Shown: positions 29,485-39,880 of the stretch, piece by piece
Numbering within the stretch: the stretch's first letter is position 1
Layout: every line of letters begins with the position of its first letter
NCBI GenBank assembly: GCA_030149175.1
Contig: JASBSA010000029.1
Span: 905 to 64,904 of the forward strand
Direction of reading: 5' to 3'
Origin: Winogradskyella sp.
GTDB taxonomy: Bacteria; Bacteroidota; Bacteroidia; Flavobacteriales; Flavobacteriaceae
Length of the DNA stretch: 64,000 bases
The notes under the pieces: generated by a model
Told to the model about the DNA's origin: nothing
The model's database searches: none
What the model saw: the letters and a program-made list of their open reading frames with translations, nothing else
Made by a program: the position numbers and the translations under genes

Positions 29485-30612
29485 ATGAGAATTCTAAAGT
29501 ACATATGTTTTGCCTTAGTATTACTAAACATACCGTCTATAGCTCTATCTGCTTTTGGAGGAGGTATTGGTAGTTTGATGAGCTACTTAACGATTTTATC
29601 TCTTACACTATATTATTTCTTTGGAAAAAAAACACGCCCTAATTGGTGGCTTATTATCATTTCCATCTTATTCTTTATGATTGGTGGTCTTCAATTTATT
29701 GGATTAACATCTGGGTTTATTTTTGATACCATTAAGTATTTTATATATCTCATCTGTGCTTATGAAATGGTAAAGAATATAAGTGTTACGGAATATAATA
29801 TTTTTCTATTAATTGGCTCAGCCACCATAATATTAGAGGCAATTATGTTTACAAGTGACTATGGGAGATATAGTGGTTTTTACATAAAACCTAATGAAGC
29901 AGGTTTTATATGCATTACGGGTTACGCTACGACTTATGGACTTAAAAATATAAGTGGAAAATTACTCGGTCAGTTTATTTTCACATTAGCTGGTTTACTA
30001 ACATTCTCTAGAACTTTTATCGTCATTTGGCTACTTATTAATGTTATTTCACTGAAAATAAGTATAAAAAATATTAGAGTTTTCGGTCTAGGTTTTTTAA
30101 TTATAGGAACTCTTTTCTTTATTGATGAAGTTGTAGGGCTAAATAACCCTAGATTCGATCAACTAAAAAGTATAGTTAATAATGAAAATGTTTCAACCGA
30201 AGAATTGAGTGAGGATTCTAGGGAAGATACATGGGCTAAATTTTATGACAAAATATTAGATTCACCTTTTATTGGTAATGGTTATGGTTCTTTTTCCGGA
30301 AAAGAAGGTCATGGCAAAGGAGTCCATAATTCATTTCTCACAGTAATAGGCGAAGCCGGTATATTACCATTTATTTTGTTTGTAGTATACATAGGATACC
30401 TCATTGTTATGAGCATAGTCTACTTCAATAAAAAGCCCAATTTGATAATGCAGATTATAGCATTATCCCTTTTTTTAATGGCTAACCATAACTTCTTCAC
30501 ATTTTATTATGTTTCATTTGCTGCGATGTGGATTCAATATCAAATTGAAGCAGCAAAAAATGATGATGAAGTTGATGAAATTGAAGAAGAAAACACTTTA
30601 ATTACGTCATAA
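29485..30612 (+). CDS. Wzy/O-antigen ligase-family membrane protein
   Basis: Multiple TMs; TFSR, PFIGNGYG, HNSFL…EAG. Confidence 0.8.
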   Translation: MRILKYICFALVLLNIPSIALSAFGGGIGSLMSYLTILSLTLYYFFGKKTRPNWWLIIISILFFMIGGLQFIGLTSGFIFDTIKYFIYLICAYEMVKNISVTEYNIFLLIGSATIILEAIMFTSDYGRYSGFYIKPNEAGFICITGYATTYGLKNISGKLLGQFIFTLAGLLTFSRTFIVIWLLINVISLKISIKNIRVFGLGFLIIGTLFFIDEVVGLNNPRFDQLKSIVNNENVSTEELSEDSREDTWAKFYDKILDSPFIGNGYGSFSGKEGHGKGVHNSFLTVIGEAGILPFILFVVYIGYLIVMSIVYFNKKPNLIMQIIALSLFLMANHNFFTFYYVSFAAMWIQYQIEAAKNDDEVDEIEEENTLITS

Positions 30613-30642
30613 AAAAAGGCGAGTAAGAACTCGCCCTTTTTT
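30611..30642. terminator. Bidirectional intrinsic terminator
   Basis: AAAAAAA-GGCGAGT-AAGA-ACTCGCC-CTTTTTT between convergent genes. Confidence 0.85.
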
Positions 30643-30663
30643 AATACATTTCTTACAGTTTAA

Positions 30664-33600
30664 TTATCTTACAATTAATCTTTTATACAGTTCTCTTTGT
30701 ACATCAGCTAGTTTAACTAAATAAATACCAGGTCTTAAGCTACTAACATCTATTCTTGTAGTTGATGAAACACTTAAATTTTCATTTTCAACCCTTTTCT
30801 GAAAAATTAGTTTACCTGTAAGATCATATAGATAAAAACCTGTTAATTGATCACTTCCTGATAATTTAATATCTACATATTCTGTTGCTGGATTAGGATA
30901 AACTGAAAAATCAAAATCTAGAGCAGGTCCATCTACTGGGTTGTCAACTACTACTCCATCATTACAATTGTTATCTACAAATACGGTTACGGTATCTTCA
31001 TCAAAATCTAAAGCATTAAAAACTGTTACAGTATATTCTGTAGTCTCCGTTGGCGATACTTGAATAGATTGTGTTGTTTCACCTGTACTCCAAACGTATT
31101 CGTCACCACCTGTTGCAGTTAATGTGACCACATCACCTAAACAAATATCCTGATCATCACCAGCATCAGCCTCCACTTCTGGAATAACATTAACAGTTAC
31201 TTGTTTTTCATCATAACAATTACCTATGTAGCCTCTTACTTCATAAGTGGTGGTTTGAGAAGGACTAACAGCAATATTGGGCTGTGTTGCACCATTATTC
31301 CATTCGTATGTGTTTGCTCCGGATGCAGATAAGGTAACAAAGTCGCCACTCATTATATCAACGCTTTCACCATTTAATATTACGACATCAGGATTTGGAT
31401 TTACAAATACAGTAACATCATCTGTATCTTCTTGTATACCAGATGCAACTGTTACTGAATATGTCGTTGTTGACAGAGGACTTACAACAATACTCTGTGT
31501 TGTCTCGCCTGTACTCCACAAATAGCTGTCACCTGGACTAGCTGTTAAAACGACTTCATAAGTATCATTTTCACATACATTCTCGTCTTGACCTGCAGAA
31601 ACCACTAATAATTCCTCAACTGTTACTGTTACTTGTGCTTGAGACGAACATATCCCAGTTGTACCCGTAACAGTATAGGTGGTTGTTTCTACAGGAGAGA
31701 CTGTAATTATATTAGTGGTTTCGCCTGTACTCCATTCATAATTTGATGCACCTGTTACTGAAAGTTGAACACTATCACCCTCTACTATTGTTATATTATT
31801 GCTTACCGTAAGATTAGGTGAAGGGTTTACAAATACAGTGACGTCATCAGTACTAGTACAGCCATTTGAAATTACTTCAACGGTGTATAATGTATCTGAA
31901 CTTGGCGCAACCTGAATTGAAGCTGTGGTTTCACCTGTACTCCAAATATACTCAGTACCTCCACTTGCCGTTAGCGTAATAGTATCGCCTTCACATACTG
32001 TCTGGTCATTACCTGCATCAGCAATTGGTAATTCATTAACGGTTACTGTAACACTGTCTGTGTCAGTATTACCTAAATCATCACTAACAGTAACTGTATA
32101 TGTGGTTGTAACAGTTGGGTTAACTTCAATGGTTGCTGTAGTGTCTCCATTACTCCATAAATATGTTGTTCCACCAGATGCTGAGAGCACAACGGACTCC
32201 CCTTGGCAGATAGTTTGATCCGGTCCTGCGTTCGCTTCGAACGCTTCCGGAAAAACCGTTATGACGGACGAGTCAAATAAATCTGGGTTATCGTTAGATG
32301 TGAAAGTAATTGTAACCTCACCAACAGATACTGGTGTAACAACACCATTAGCATCAACCGTTGCGATAGTTTCATCACTACTTTCCCATATACCAGATTG
32401 GTCTGTTGCGTTAGAAGGTATTATATTAGCTGTTAACGCAATAGTGTTTGGGATGAGTATTTCAGCAGTTTCTGGAGTTACATCAACACCAGTGACATCG
32501 ACAACAGGAACTGGAGCTGTATTATCAACTTGGTTTATATATTCTTCTAATAAAGTATAACCACTAGGCTGTAATTGATTGTGAATTGTAGGATTACCCG
32601 TAATACCCCTAGAAATTAAATAAGCTTCTGGTATATGAGGATTACTTTGATAAAAATCAGTTGGTCTTGTATTGTTAGATGTTGGAATTTCTGCTAATGT
32701 AATGCTATAAGTTATATCTTGAGAAGTGTCACCATCAAACTCAGTAATAGCCTTATTTATTGCTGAGGTATCCAAAACATCTCTATCCTCCACAACTGTA
32801 CCATTGTTATCAATATACTTATATGCACCAACGAATGGTACTACTTCGGTTTTTAAATTTACCGAGGGTCTTATGTTTAATGTACTTTCATTATTAAAAG
32901 AAAAAGGTGTGTCTACAAAACTTGAAGCTGGTAACTGATCAATTCTTGGTTGATCAAAGTCTGTCCAATCTGGATAATTTGCTGTAGGGTCTATATAATT
33001 ATCACTATCATATATTTTACCATTTCTTGTACCATAATAAGCCAAATTAGACCTTTCATTATTTCTACCTCCTTTACTATAGTAGTTTCCAACATGATTT
33101 AGAGTGTAAGACCAATCATCAAGTCTAATTAAACGAGCGAACCAATTATGAGCAACATTATTGATAATATCCATTCTAACAGCACCACCAATTTTACCTG
33201 GAACTCTATGACCTACATTTACAAAAACATTATTTATTATAGTGTGCTCTTCATTATGTGTGTCATTCGGTGGTGAAGTATCACCCAAAATGAGTCCTAA
33301 ACCAGAATCGTGTATAAGACAATTTTGTATTGTTTTTCCAGTTGTGAGTCCTTCTTCATCAGCATTATTAGAAACCATACTAAATGTAACTTCAGCAGCT
33401 TCTACATGACTACCAGTTAAATGGTCAAATATTATATTGTCACCTCCTTGTGATTGCAAACATCCACTCACATTAGCAGTAGATCTGAATTTGACATACC
33501 TAATTACAACATCATCAATACCTACTAAAAATATTTTACCTCCTGTTATAGTGATATTACCTTCTGGAGCTGTTTGTCCTGCGATTGTAATCCCATGAGC

Positions 33601-33945
33601 ATAGTTACCAGGATTGCCATTATTACTCATATATATGTCGCTTGTCAATTGAATCACACCACTAACATCAAAAACAATAGTTCTGCTATTGCCTCTATTT
33701 GAGACATCAGTTAAAGCCCAACGTAAAGAGCCCTCACCACTATCATTGAGGTTGGTAACATGCACAACCTCTCCACCTCTACCACCAGTAGAGTAAGCTC
33801 CTGCTCCCATAGCAGTAGGAAATGCTAATTGTTGACTATATATGCCAGTTAAAGAAAAGGATAATAAAAGTAGAATTAATACATAATTTGTTTTATAACT
33901 AAGTAGGTTTTTCAAAATTTTCATTTTCATTCTTCTATTAATCAA
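30664..33945 (-). CDS. T9SS-secreted protein: PL1 pectate-lyase-like beta-helix, Ig-like (Big_2) domain, six ~70-aa repeats, type A CTD
   Basis: AFPTAMGAGAYSTGGRGG…VTNLNDSGEGSLR, IAGQTAP, GYTLLEEYIN; repeats with YxWSxGxTT; VYPNP…YDLTGK…GIYLVK…KRLIVR. Confidence 0.88.
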   Translation of the reverse strand: MINRRMKMKILKNLLSYKTNYVLILLLLSFSLTGIYSQQLAFPTAMGAGAYSTGGRGGEVVHVTNLNDSGEGSLRWALTDVSNRGNSRTIVFDVSGVIQLTSDIYMSNNGNPGNYAHGITIAGQTAPEGNITITGGKIFLVGIDDVVIRYVKFRSTANVSGCLQSQGGDNIIFDHLTGSHVEAAEVTFSMVSNNADEEGLTTGKTIQNCLIHDSGLGLILGDTSPPNDTHNEEHTIINNVFVNVGHRVPGKIGGAVRMDIINNVAHNWFARLIRLDDWSYTLNHVGNYYSKGGRNNERSNLAYYGTRNGKIYDSDNYIDPTANYPDWTDFDQPRIDQLPASSFVDTPFSFNNESTLNIRPSVNLKTEVVPFVGAYKYIDNNGTVVEDRDVLDTSAINKAITEFDGDTSQDITYSITLAEIPTSNNTRPTDFYQSNPHIPEAYLISRGITGNPTIHNQLQPSGYTLLEEYINQVDNTAPVPVVDVTGVDVTPETAEILIPNTIALTANIIPSNATDQSGIWESSDETIATVDANGVVTPVSVGEVTITFTSNDNPDLFDSSVITVFPEAFEANAGPDQTICQGESVVLSASGGTTYLWSNGDTTATIEVNPTVTTTYTVTVSDDLGNTDTDSVTVTVNELPIADAGNDQTVCEGDTITLTASGGTEYIWSTGETTASIQVAPSSDTLYTVEVISNGCTSTDDVTVFVNPSPNLTVSNNITIVEGDSVQLSVTGASNYEWSTGETTNIITVSPVETTTYTVTGTTGICSSQAQVTVTVEELLVVSAGQDENVCENDTYEVVLTASPGDSYLWSTGETTQSIVVSPLSTTTYSVTVASGIQEDTDDVTVFVNPNPDVVILNGESVDIMSGDFVTLSASGANTYEWNNGATQPNIAVSPSQTTTYEVRGYIGNCYDEKQVTVNVIPEVEADAGDDQDICLGDVVTLTATGGDEYVWSTGETTQSIQVSPTETTEYTVTVFNALDFDEDTVTVFVDNNCNDGVVVDNPVDGPALDFDFSVYPNPATEYVDIKLSGSDQLTGFYLYDLTGKLIFQKRVENENLSVSSTTRIDVSSLRPGIYLVKLADVQRELYKRLIVR

Positions 33946-34422
33946 TTATTCGGGGAAAACAATATTAATTATTTAAAATCTATTAAAAGGCCTAAATACA
34001 TTAATATTCGATTAAAATCATTTTATTGTAAGAAAATACAGCAATTAAGTTGTTTTTTTCCACAAAATCCTAATAAATACGTTAAAAGACACAACTTTGG
34101 ATCACGTAAAAAAATATTTAACATTGAGTGGTTTTTTCTTACATCAATTATACGTATATCGATAAAATTCGAAATTAAAAAAATTTAAATTGCTTATATG
34201 AATCAAAAGGATGAGAAAACAAGAAAGTTATAACAAGTTTATTAACAATAAATTATATGTAGAAAATAATCTTGAAGTCCATATTATTAATTAGAAAAAA
34301 ATTATTTTAAAATGATAGATATGCGCCAATTTGTACTTTAGACGTATTTTAAGGTAAATTATCATAAAAATTAATAATAGTTATATTCATTTTTTATTAT
34401 TGTGTCTTATTATCAAGCATAG

Positions 34423-35967
34423 ATGTCTAGAGTCTCCAAATCTTTAAAAAATGCTAAAGTCGGTGTGTTTTTTTTCACCGTATCAATTTTTCTTCAATTT
34501 TTTTCAAGAAAAATTTTCCTTGATGAACTTGGAGACGATTTTATTGGTTTAGAGTCTACATTGAGAAGTATTTTGGGTTTTCTTAATTTAGCAGAATTAG
34601 GTATTGGGACAGCAATTGGTTTTACTTTGTACAAACCACTTTATGACAACAACCAAAAAGAAATAAATAAAATTATAGCACTGCTAGGTGTTCTTTATAA
34701 AAAAATTGGTTTGGCCATTTTGGCTGTCGGATCAATTATTTCTTTGTTTTTCCCTTTGATTTTTTCAGATACTAATTTCTCGTTATTGCTGATATACTTT
34801 GTATTCTACACGTTAATGGCATCAACCCTATTGGCTTATTTTGTAAACTACCATGCTAGTTTATTTGGTGCAGACCAAAAGGGATATATTATACAGAAAT
34901 ACTTTCAAAGCTTCAATATAATCCGTGTATTGCTTCAGGTCATTGTCGTAATTTATTATAAAAATTTCTTCCTTTATATAATTTTGGAACTCTTATTTAG
35001 TGTAGTTTATAGCATCGTCCTTAGAAAAAAGATAAAGCAAATTTACCCATGGTTAATTATTAATTATAGTGAGAAATCCTCAGTAATTAGAGAGTATCCA
35101 CAAGTTATAAAAAAAATTAAGCAAGTATTCTTTCACAAGATGAGTCAATTTGTGAAAAATGGAACCGACAATCTATTAATATACGGATTAATAAACCTTC
35201 AGAGTGTTGCAATGTTTGGTAATTACTTTTTAGTGTTTTCAAAATTAAATAGTCTTATTATGATGGCCTTTGCAGGAACTGGTTCCGCTGTTGGTAACCT
35301 TATTGCTGAAGACGATAAAGAAAATATAAAAAAAGTGTTTTGGGAATTAGTGACTATACAATTCTTTATCGCAGGTTTTTTTAGCCTTACCATTTACCAT
35401 ACAATGGACGCGCTTATCATTTTATGGCTGGGTGAAAAATATGTGCTTTCTCAACTCATACTTATACTTTTTATCTCAAATTTTTTCATAATGCAGATTA
35501 GTTCTACAATCGATCGTTTCAAAAATGCTTATGGATTGTATTCTGATATATGGGCTGCAGTTTCTGAGGCAATTATCAATTTGGGTGTGTCATTTATTTT
35601 AGGTAAAATTTATGGGATTGCTGGAATAATAATGGGTACTCTTTCTAGTATGTTTATTATAGCGGTATTATGGAAACCCTATTTTTTGTTTAAGCATGGA
35701 TTTAATAAAAATGTTTTAACTTATTGGAAAGGGTTGATCCCAATTTTAGTGATTTTTGCATTATCAGGATTTTCTGTAAACTTTCTGGTTAATAAGTTTT
35801 TTATTACGGATTCAAGTTCTGGTATAATTGATTGGGTATTGTATGCTACAAAAATTACCGTCTTGGTTCTTACTATCTACGGAACACTTCTATTTTGCTT
35901 TATAAAAAGTTTTCGAGTTTTTGCCTACAGGGTTAAAAGCTTAATAATGAAAAGGATTAATAATTAA
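34423..35967 (+). CDS. wzx: Wzx-type polysaccharide flippase
   Basis: Many TMs; LNLAELGIG…LYKPL motif; EPS context. Confidence 0.85.
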   Translation: MSRVSKSLKNAKVGVFFFTVSIFLQFFSRKIFLDELGDDFIGLESTLRSILGFLNLAELGIGTAIGFTLYKPLYDNNQKEINKIIALLGVLYKKIGLAILAVGSIISLFFPLIFSDTNFSLLLIYFVFYTLMASTLLAYFVNYHASLFGADQKGYIIQKYFQSFNIIRVLLQVIVVIYYKNFFLYIILELLFSVVYSIVLRKKIKQIYPWLIINYSEKSSVIREYPQVIKKIKQVFFHKMSQFVKNGTDNLLIYGLINLQSVAMFGNYFLVFSKLNSLIMMAFAGTGSAVGNLIAEDDKENIKKVFWELVTIQFFIAGFFSLTIYHTMDALIILWLGEKYVLSQLILILFISNFFIMQISSTIDRFKNAYGLYSDIWAAVSEAIINLGVSFILGKIYGIAGIIMGTLSSMFIIAVLWKPYFLFKHGFNKNVLTYWKGLIPILVIFALSGFSVNFLVNKFFITDSSSGIIDWVLYATKITVLVLTIYGTLLFCFIKSFRVFAYRVKSLIMKRINN

Positions 35968-36015
35968 AATTTAAAACTACCACATGGCCCTTTATAATTT
36001 TCAAAATTTATTATA

Positions 36016-36597
36016 ATGATAAAAAGTAAATCTGATTATATAGAGTATTTAAATCGAGACCGTATTGCTTTAGAGGTTAATACCAACTCTATGTCAAGTA
36101 AGATAAAGAATCTATTTTTCCCAAATCCCGTTTGGCGTTTTCAAAAGTTAATGAGAAAACTAGAGTATTACACCAATTGCAAAAATAAGGGGCTATACAA
36201 GCTTTATATACTATACCTTAAATATCGTTACAGATTGATCTCTGTGAAACTTAATTTTTCCATTCCAATAAATATATTTGGTCCTGGACTATCTATAGTA
36301 CACTATGGCACAATCATAATTAATTACACAACTAAGGTAGGCGCCAACTGCAGAATGCATGCGTGTGTTAACATTGGTGCTTCCGGTGGTGAAATCCAAG
36401 GTCCTATTTTGGGAGATAATGTTTACATAGCACCAGGAGCCAAAATATTTGGTAACATTAGAATACCTAGTAATACTGCAATTGGAGCTAATTCTGTTGT
36501 AAATAAATCTTTCGAAAAAGAAAATACAATCATAGCAGGAATACCCGCTAAAGAATTAGGAACTATAGATATTAAAAAATTAATAAGACATGGGTAA
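36016..36597 (+). CDS. Hexapeptide-repeat (CysE-like) O-acetyltransferase
   Basis: GPGLSIVHYG, GDNVYIAPGAKIFG, IGANSVV, AGIPA. Confidence 0.85.
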   Translation: MIKSKSDYIEYLNRDRIALEVNTNSMSSKIKNLFFPNPVWRFQKLMRKLEYYTNCKNKGLYKLYILYLKYRYRLISVKLNFSIPINIFGPGLSIVHYGTIIINYTTKVGANCRMHACVNIGASGGEIQGPILGDNVYIAPGAKIFGNIRIPSNTAIGANSVVNKSFEKENTIIAGIPAKELGTIDIKKLIRHG

Positions 36598-37534
36598 AAA
36601 AGACAAAAAGACCTTAAGAGGTAGAGTTTCTGATTTTTATCGAAATTCTGATTTCGGCTATAACCTATTGAGACCCTTTTATAAAATATATGTATTTGGC
36701 CTCAAACTTATACCTGACAAACTGTTTATAAAATGGTATTTTAAAAGGTATATGGGCTATTCTTTTGATATTGATAACCCTAAAACCTTAAATGAAAAAA
36801 TAACTTGGTTAAAGTTATACGATAGATCAGACCTACATACTTTAGTTGCAGATAAATACGCTGTACGATCTTACGTCGCTGAAAAAATTGGTAAAGAATA
36901 TTTAATTCCTTTGCTCTTTCATACAAAAAATGCCTCAGATTTAAAGCCGGAAAATTTACCAGATTGTGATTTTATCATTAAAAATAACCATGACAGTGGT
37001 GGTTACTTAATTGTTAAAGACAAGGCTTCAATAGATTGGCCAACGGTACAGAAACAATTTAAGAGAAGCTTAAAAGAGAATTTTTATTATTCAACTAGAG
37101 AATGGCAATATAAAAATATTGAGCCAAGAATAATAGTTGAAAAGCTTTTGTCAACCGAAAAAGGTGAGATTCCTAATGATTATAAATTCCATTGTTTTAA
37201 TGGTAAATTAGCTTTTGTACATGTTGATATTGCTCGTTTTGGTGACCGTAGAAGAAATTTATATGATTCTAATTGGGATTTTATACCTTGTGTTTGGCAA
37301 TATGAAAATGGTGAAATGGAAGAAAAACCCGAATTATTTGAAAAGATGAAAAGTTTAGCTGAAACTATAGCTAAGGACTTTATCTATTCTAGAGTTGATT
37401 TTTATACTGTAAAAGGGAAAATTTATTTTGGTGAAATTACCTTTCACCACCACTCTGGCACACAAAAATTCAAAACCCCTGGATGCGACCTTAAATTCGG
37501 GCAACTACTTAAATTAGGTATTGAAAATGAATAA
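36590..37534 (+). CDS. TupA-like ATP-grasp amidoligase
   Basis: NPKTLNEKI, DKYAVR, KNNHDSG, DYKFHCFNG, RVDFY…FGEITF. Confidence 0.88.
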   Translation: MGKKDKKTLRGRVSDFYRNSDFGYNLLRPFYKIYVFGLKLIPDKLFIKWYFKRYMGYSFDIDNPKTLNEKITWLKLYDRSDLHTLVADKYAVRSYVAEKIGKEYLIPLLFHTKNASDLKPENLPDCDFIIKNNHDSGGYLIVKDKASIDWPTVQKQFKRSLKENFYYSTREWQYKNIEPRIIVEKLLSTEKGEIPNDYKFHCFNGKLAFVHVDIARFGDRRRNLYDSNWDFIPCVWQYENGEMEEKPELFEKMKSLAETIAKDFIYSRVDFYTVKGKIYFGEITFHHHSGTQKFKTPGCDLKFGQLLKLGIENE

Positions 37535-38609
37535 AAAAAAGATTAAAGTTTATTTTGTTTTACCAACATTATTTGCTGGAGGTGCTGAAAGAGTCATAAC
37601 ATTTATTTCTCAGAATATTTCAAAAGAAATATTTACCGTTAAACTTATAGTTATAGGTTTTGAAAAAGATTCTAAGTTTAACACAAATGACATCACAACT
37701 ATCTATCTAAATAAGAATAAAGTATCTGAATCTATCATTCCTTTATATAAAGTCTTAAAGAAGGAAAGTCCAGATATCGTTTTGAGCTCAATTTCTCATT
37801 TAAATTCTTTTATGGGATACATGTCGATGTTTTTTAAGGATACAAAATTTATTGGCAGACAAGCTACCATAAACAAAGTTGCAAGAAAACACAAGGCTCA
37901 AAAGAATAAAATATCTTCCATCATTCAATCAAAAATCTTTGATTACGGTACAACAAAACTAGATTGTATAATATGTCAATCTATAGATATGAAGACTGAT
38001 TTTTTAGAATCATATAACTATGACGAAAAAAAAATTAGAGTAATTAACAATCCTCTAACAGATACAGATAAAATAAAAACTATCAAAAATAAAAATTCTA
38101 TCAAAAAACTTATCACTGTTGGCCGCTTAAGTAAAATAAAAGGACAACTAAGATTACTAGATATTTTATCTAAATTAGAATACCCTTTTCAATTTACGAT
38201 TATAGGTTCTGGAAGTTACGAGCAAAAACTTTATGACAAAATAAAAGAGCATAATTTGGAGGATAAAGTTAATCATATTAAATATACAGATAAGGTGCTT
38301 GAAGAACTTATAAAACACGATATGTTTTTACAGGGTTCTTATTCTGAAGGTTTCCCAAATGCTTTATTAGAGAGTTGTTCGGTAGGTGTTCCCGTAATAG
38401 CCTTCAACGCTCCTGGTGGTACAAAAGAAATCATTGATAATGGAATTAATGGTTATATAGTAGAAAATGAAGAGGATTATATTAGCAAGTTAAAAGAAGA
38501 CCGAATCTGGGATCCTCAAATTGTGAAAGACACCGTATACAAAAAATTTAATAGTAAAAAGATTTTAAAAGAGTACGAAAATCTTTTTATGGAAGTTATA
38601 AAAAAATAA
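37521..38609 (+). CDS. GT4 glycosyltransferase
   Basis: GGAERV, VGRLSKIKG, EGFPNALLES. Confidence 0.9.
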   Translation: MKMNKKKIKVYFVLPTLFAGGAERVITFISQNISKEIFTVKLIVIGFEKDSKFNTNDITTIYLNKNKVSESIIPLYKVLKKESPDIVLSSISHLNSFMGYMSMFFKDTKFIGRQATINKVARKHKAQKNKISSIIQSKIFDYGTTKLDCIICQSIDMKTDFLESYNYDEKKIRVINNPLTDTDKIKTIKNKNSIKKLITVGRLSKIKGQLRLLDILSKLEYPFQFTIIGSGSYEQKLYDKIKEHNLEDKVNHIKYTDKVLEELIKHDMFLQGSYSEGFPNALLESCSVGVPVIAFNAPGGTKEIIDNGINGYIVENEEDYISKLKEDRIWDPQIVKDTVYKKFNSKKILKEYENLFMEVIKK

Positions 38610-38723
38610 TTCAATTTCCTTTTAAACACAGAAAACCTACAATTATCGATAAAATAAGTTTAGTCAATTAATTGTTGTTATGTTTGGCACTAATATGCAT
38701 TATATCAATAAGATATCTGTTTT

Positions 38724-39875
38724 ATGACCCCAAATCAGAAAAAAAATATTGCCATCCTAAGCATATCACTAGCAAGTGGTGGTGCAGAAAAAGTCATTAG
38801 TTTACTCTTAAAAGAACTAAGACACGATTACAACGTTACATTAGTTTTATTTCATAAGATTTTACACTTTCCTGTGCCAGAAGGTGTAGAAATTTTCGCC
38901 ATGAGCGATAAACATGCGGATAGACCGTTCTATAAAAAATTCTTTGACTCTATTCGCTTTATTTTTAGGTATTACCGTTTCATCAAAAAGAACAACATAG
39001 AAATCTCTATTTCATTTTTAGCATTTCCTAATTTAATAAATGGCATTGTAGCGACTTTTAATAAAAATATAAAAACCATTATTAGCGAAAGAGGTTTCCC
39101 TTCAGACAATGTAACTAGTAAACTCTCCTTTTACATTTCTAAGATCTTCTACCCTATTTTATATAATAAATGTGATAAGTTGTTTTCAAATTCGGTTTAC
39201 ATTAATGATGATTTAGAAGATAATTTTGGTGTCAAAATTCCTATGGAAGTTATTTACAACCCAATAGAATTGCCAATCAAAACAATAGAGCCAAAAACTC
39301 TAAATACGCATACAGACAAATTAAAGCTAATTACTGCAGGTACCATCAACAAAAGAAAAAATCAAATCATGGTTGTTAGAGCAATCAAAGAATCTAATTT
39401 AGATTATGATTTTTCTATTCTTGGTGATGGTGATTTAAGACCTTATTTAACTGAAGAAATTGCGAAACTCAAATTAGAAGACCAAATCACACTTAAAGGG
39501 AGAGTAAAAAAAGTAAATGACTACCTTATAGATAATCAATGCTTCGTGTTATCATCTTTTACAGAAGGTTTCCCAAATGCATTAATTGAAGCCATGGCTA
39601 TTGGCTTACCAAGTGTGTCAACTAATTGCCTATCTGGGCCATTAGAGCTGCTAAATGAAAACGAACCTATTGACATTAAAAATGGTGAATTCCATATTGG
39701 TAAGTATGGTTTACTTGTTAACAATGACGACCATATTGGGTTAAGTAAAGCTTTAGACTATTACCACCAAAATCCGGCTGAAAGAGAACGTTTTAGTCGT
39801 TTAAGTTTAGAACGTGCAAAAGCTTACGAACTAAAACATATTTACAGCCAATTCAACCAATTTATTAAAAGCTAG
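38724..39875 (+). CDS. GT4 glycosyltransferase
   Basis: GGAEKV, EGFPNALIEAM; upstream TATGTTTG box at 38679-38686. Confidence 0.9.
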   Translation: MTPNQKKNIAILSISLASGGAEKVISLLLKELRHDYNVTLVLFHKILHFPVPEGVEIFAMSDKHADRPFYKKFFDSIRFIFRYYRFIKKNNIEISISFLAFPNLINGIVATFNKNIKTIISERGFPSDNVTSKLSFYISKIFYPILYNKCDKLFSNSVYINDDLEDNFGVKIPMEVIYNPIELPIKTIEPKTLNTHTDKLKLITAGTINKRKNQIMVVRAIKESNLDYDFSILGDGDLRPYLTEEIAKLKLEDQITLKGRVKKVNDYLIDNQCFVLSSFTEGFPNALIEAMAIGLPSVSTNCLSGPLELLNENEPIDIKNGEFHIGKYGLLVNNDDHIGLSKALDYYHQNPAERERFSRLSLERAKAYELKHIYSQFNQFIKS

Positions 39876-39880
39876 AATAT

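Noticed and set aside
30980-32240. Periodic DNA repeats (CCTGTACTCCA) that might suggest an array
   Set aside because: They encode the WSTGET motif of the protein's tandem domains; not CRISPR.
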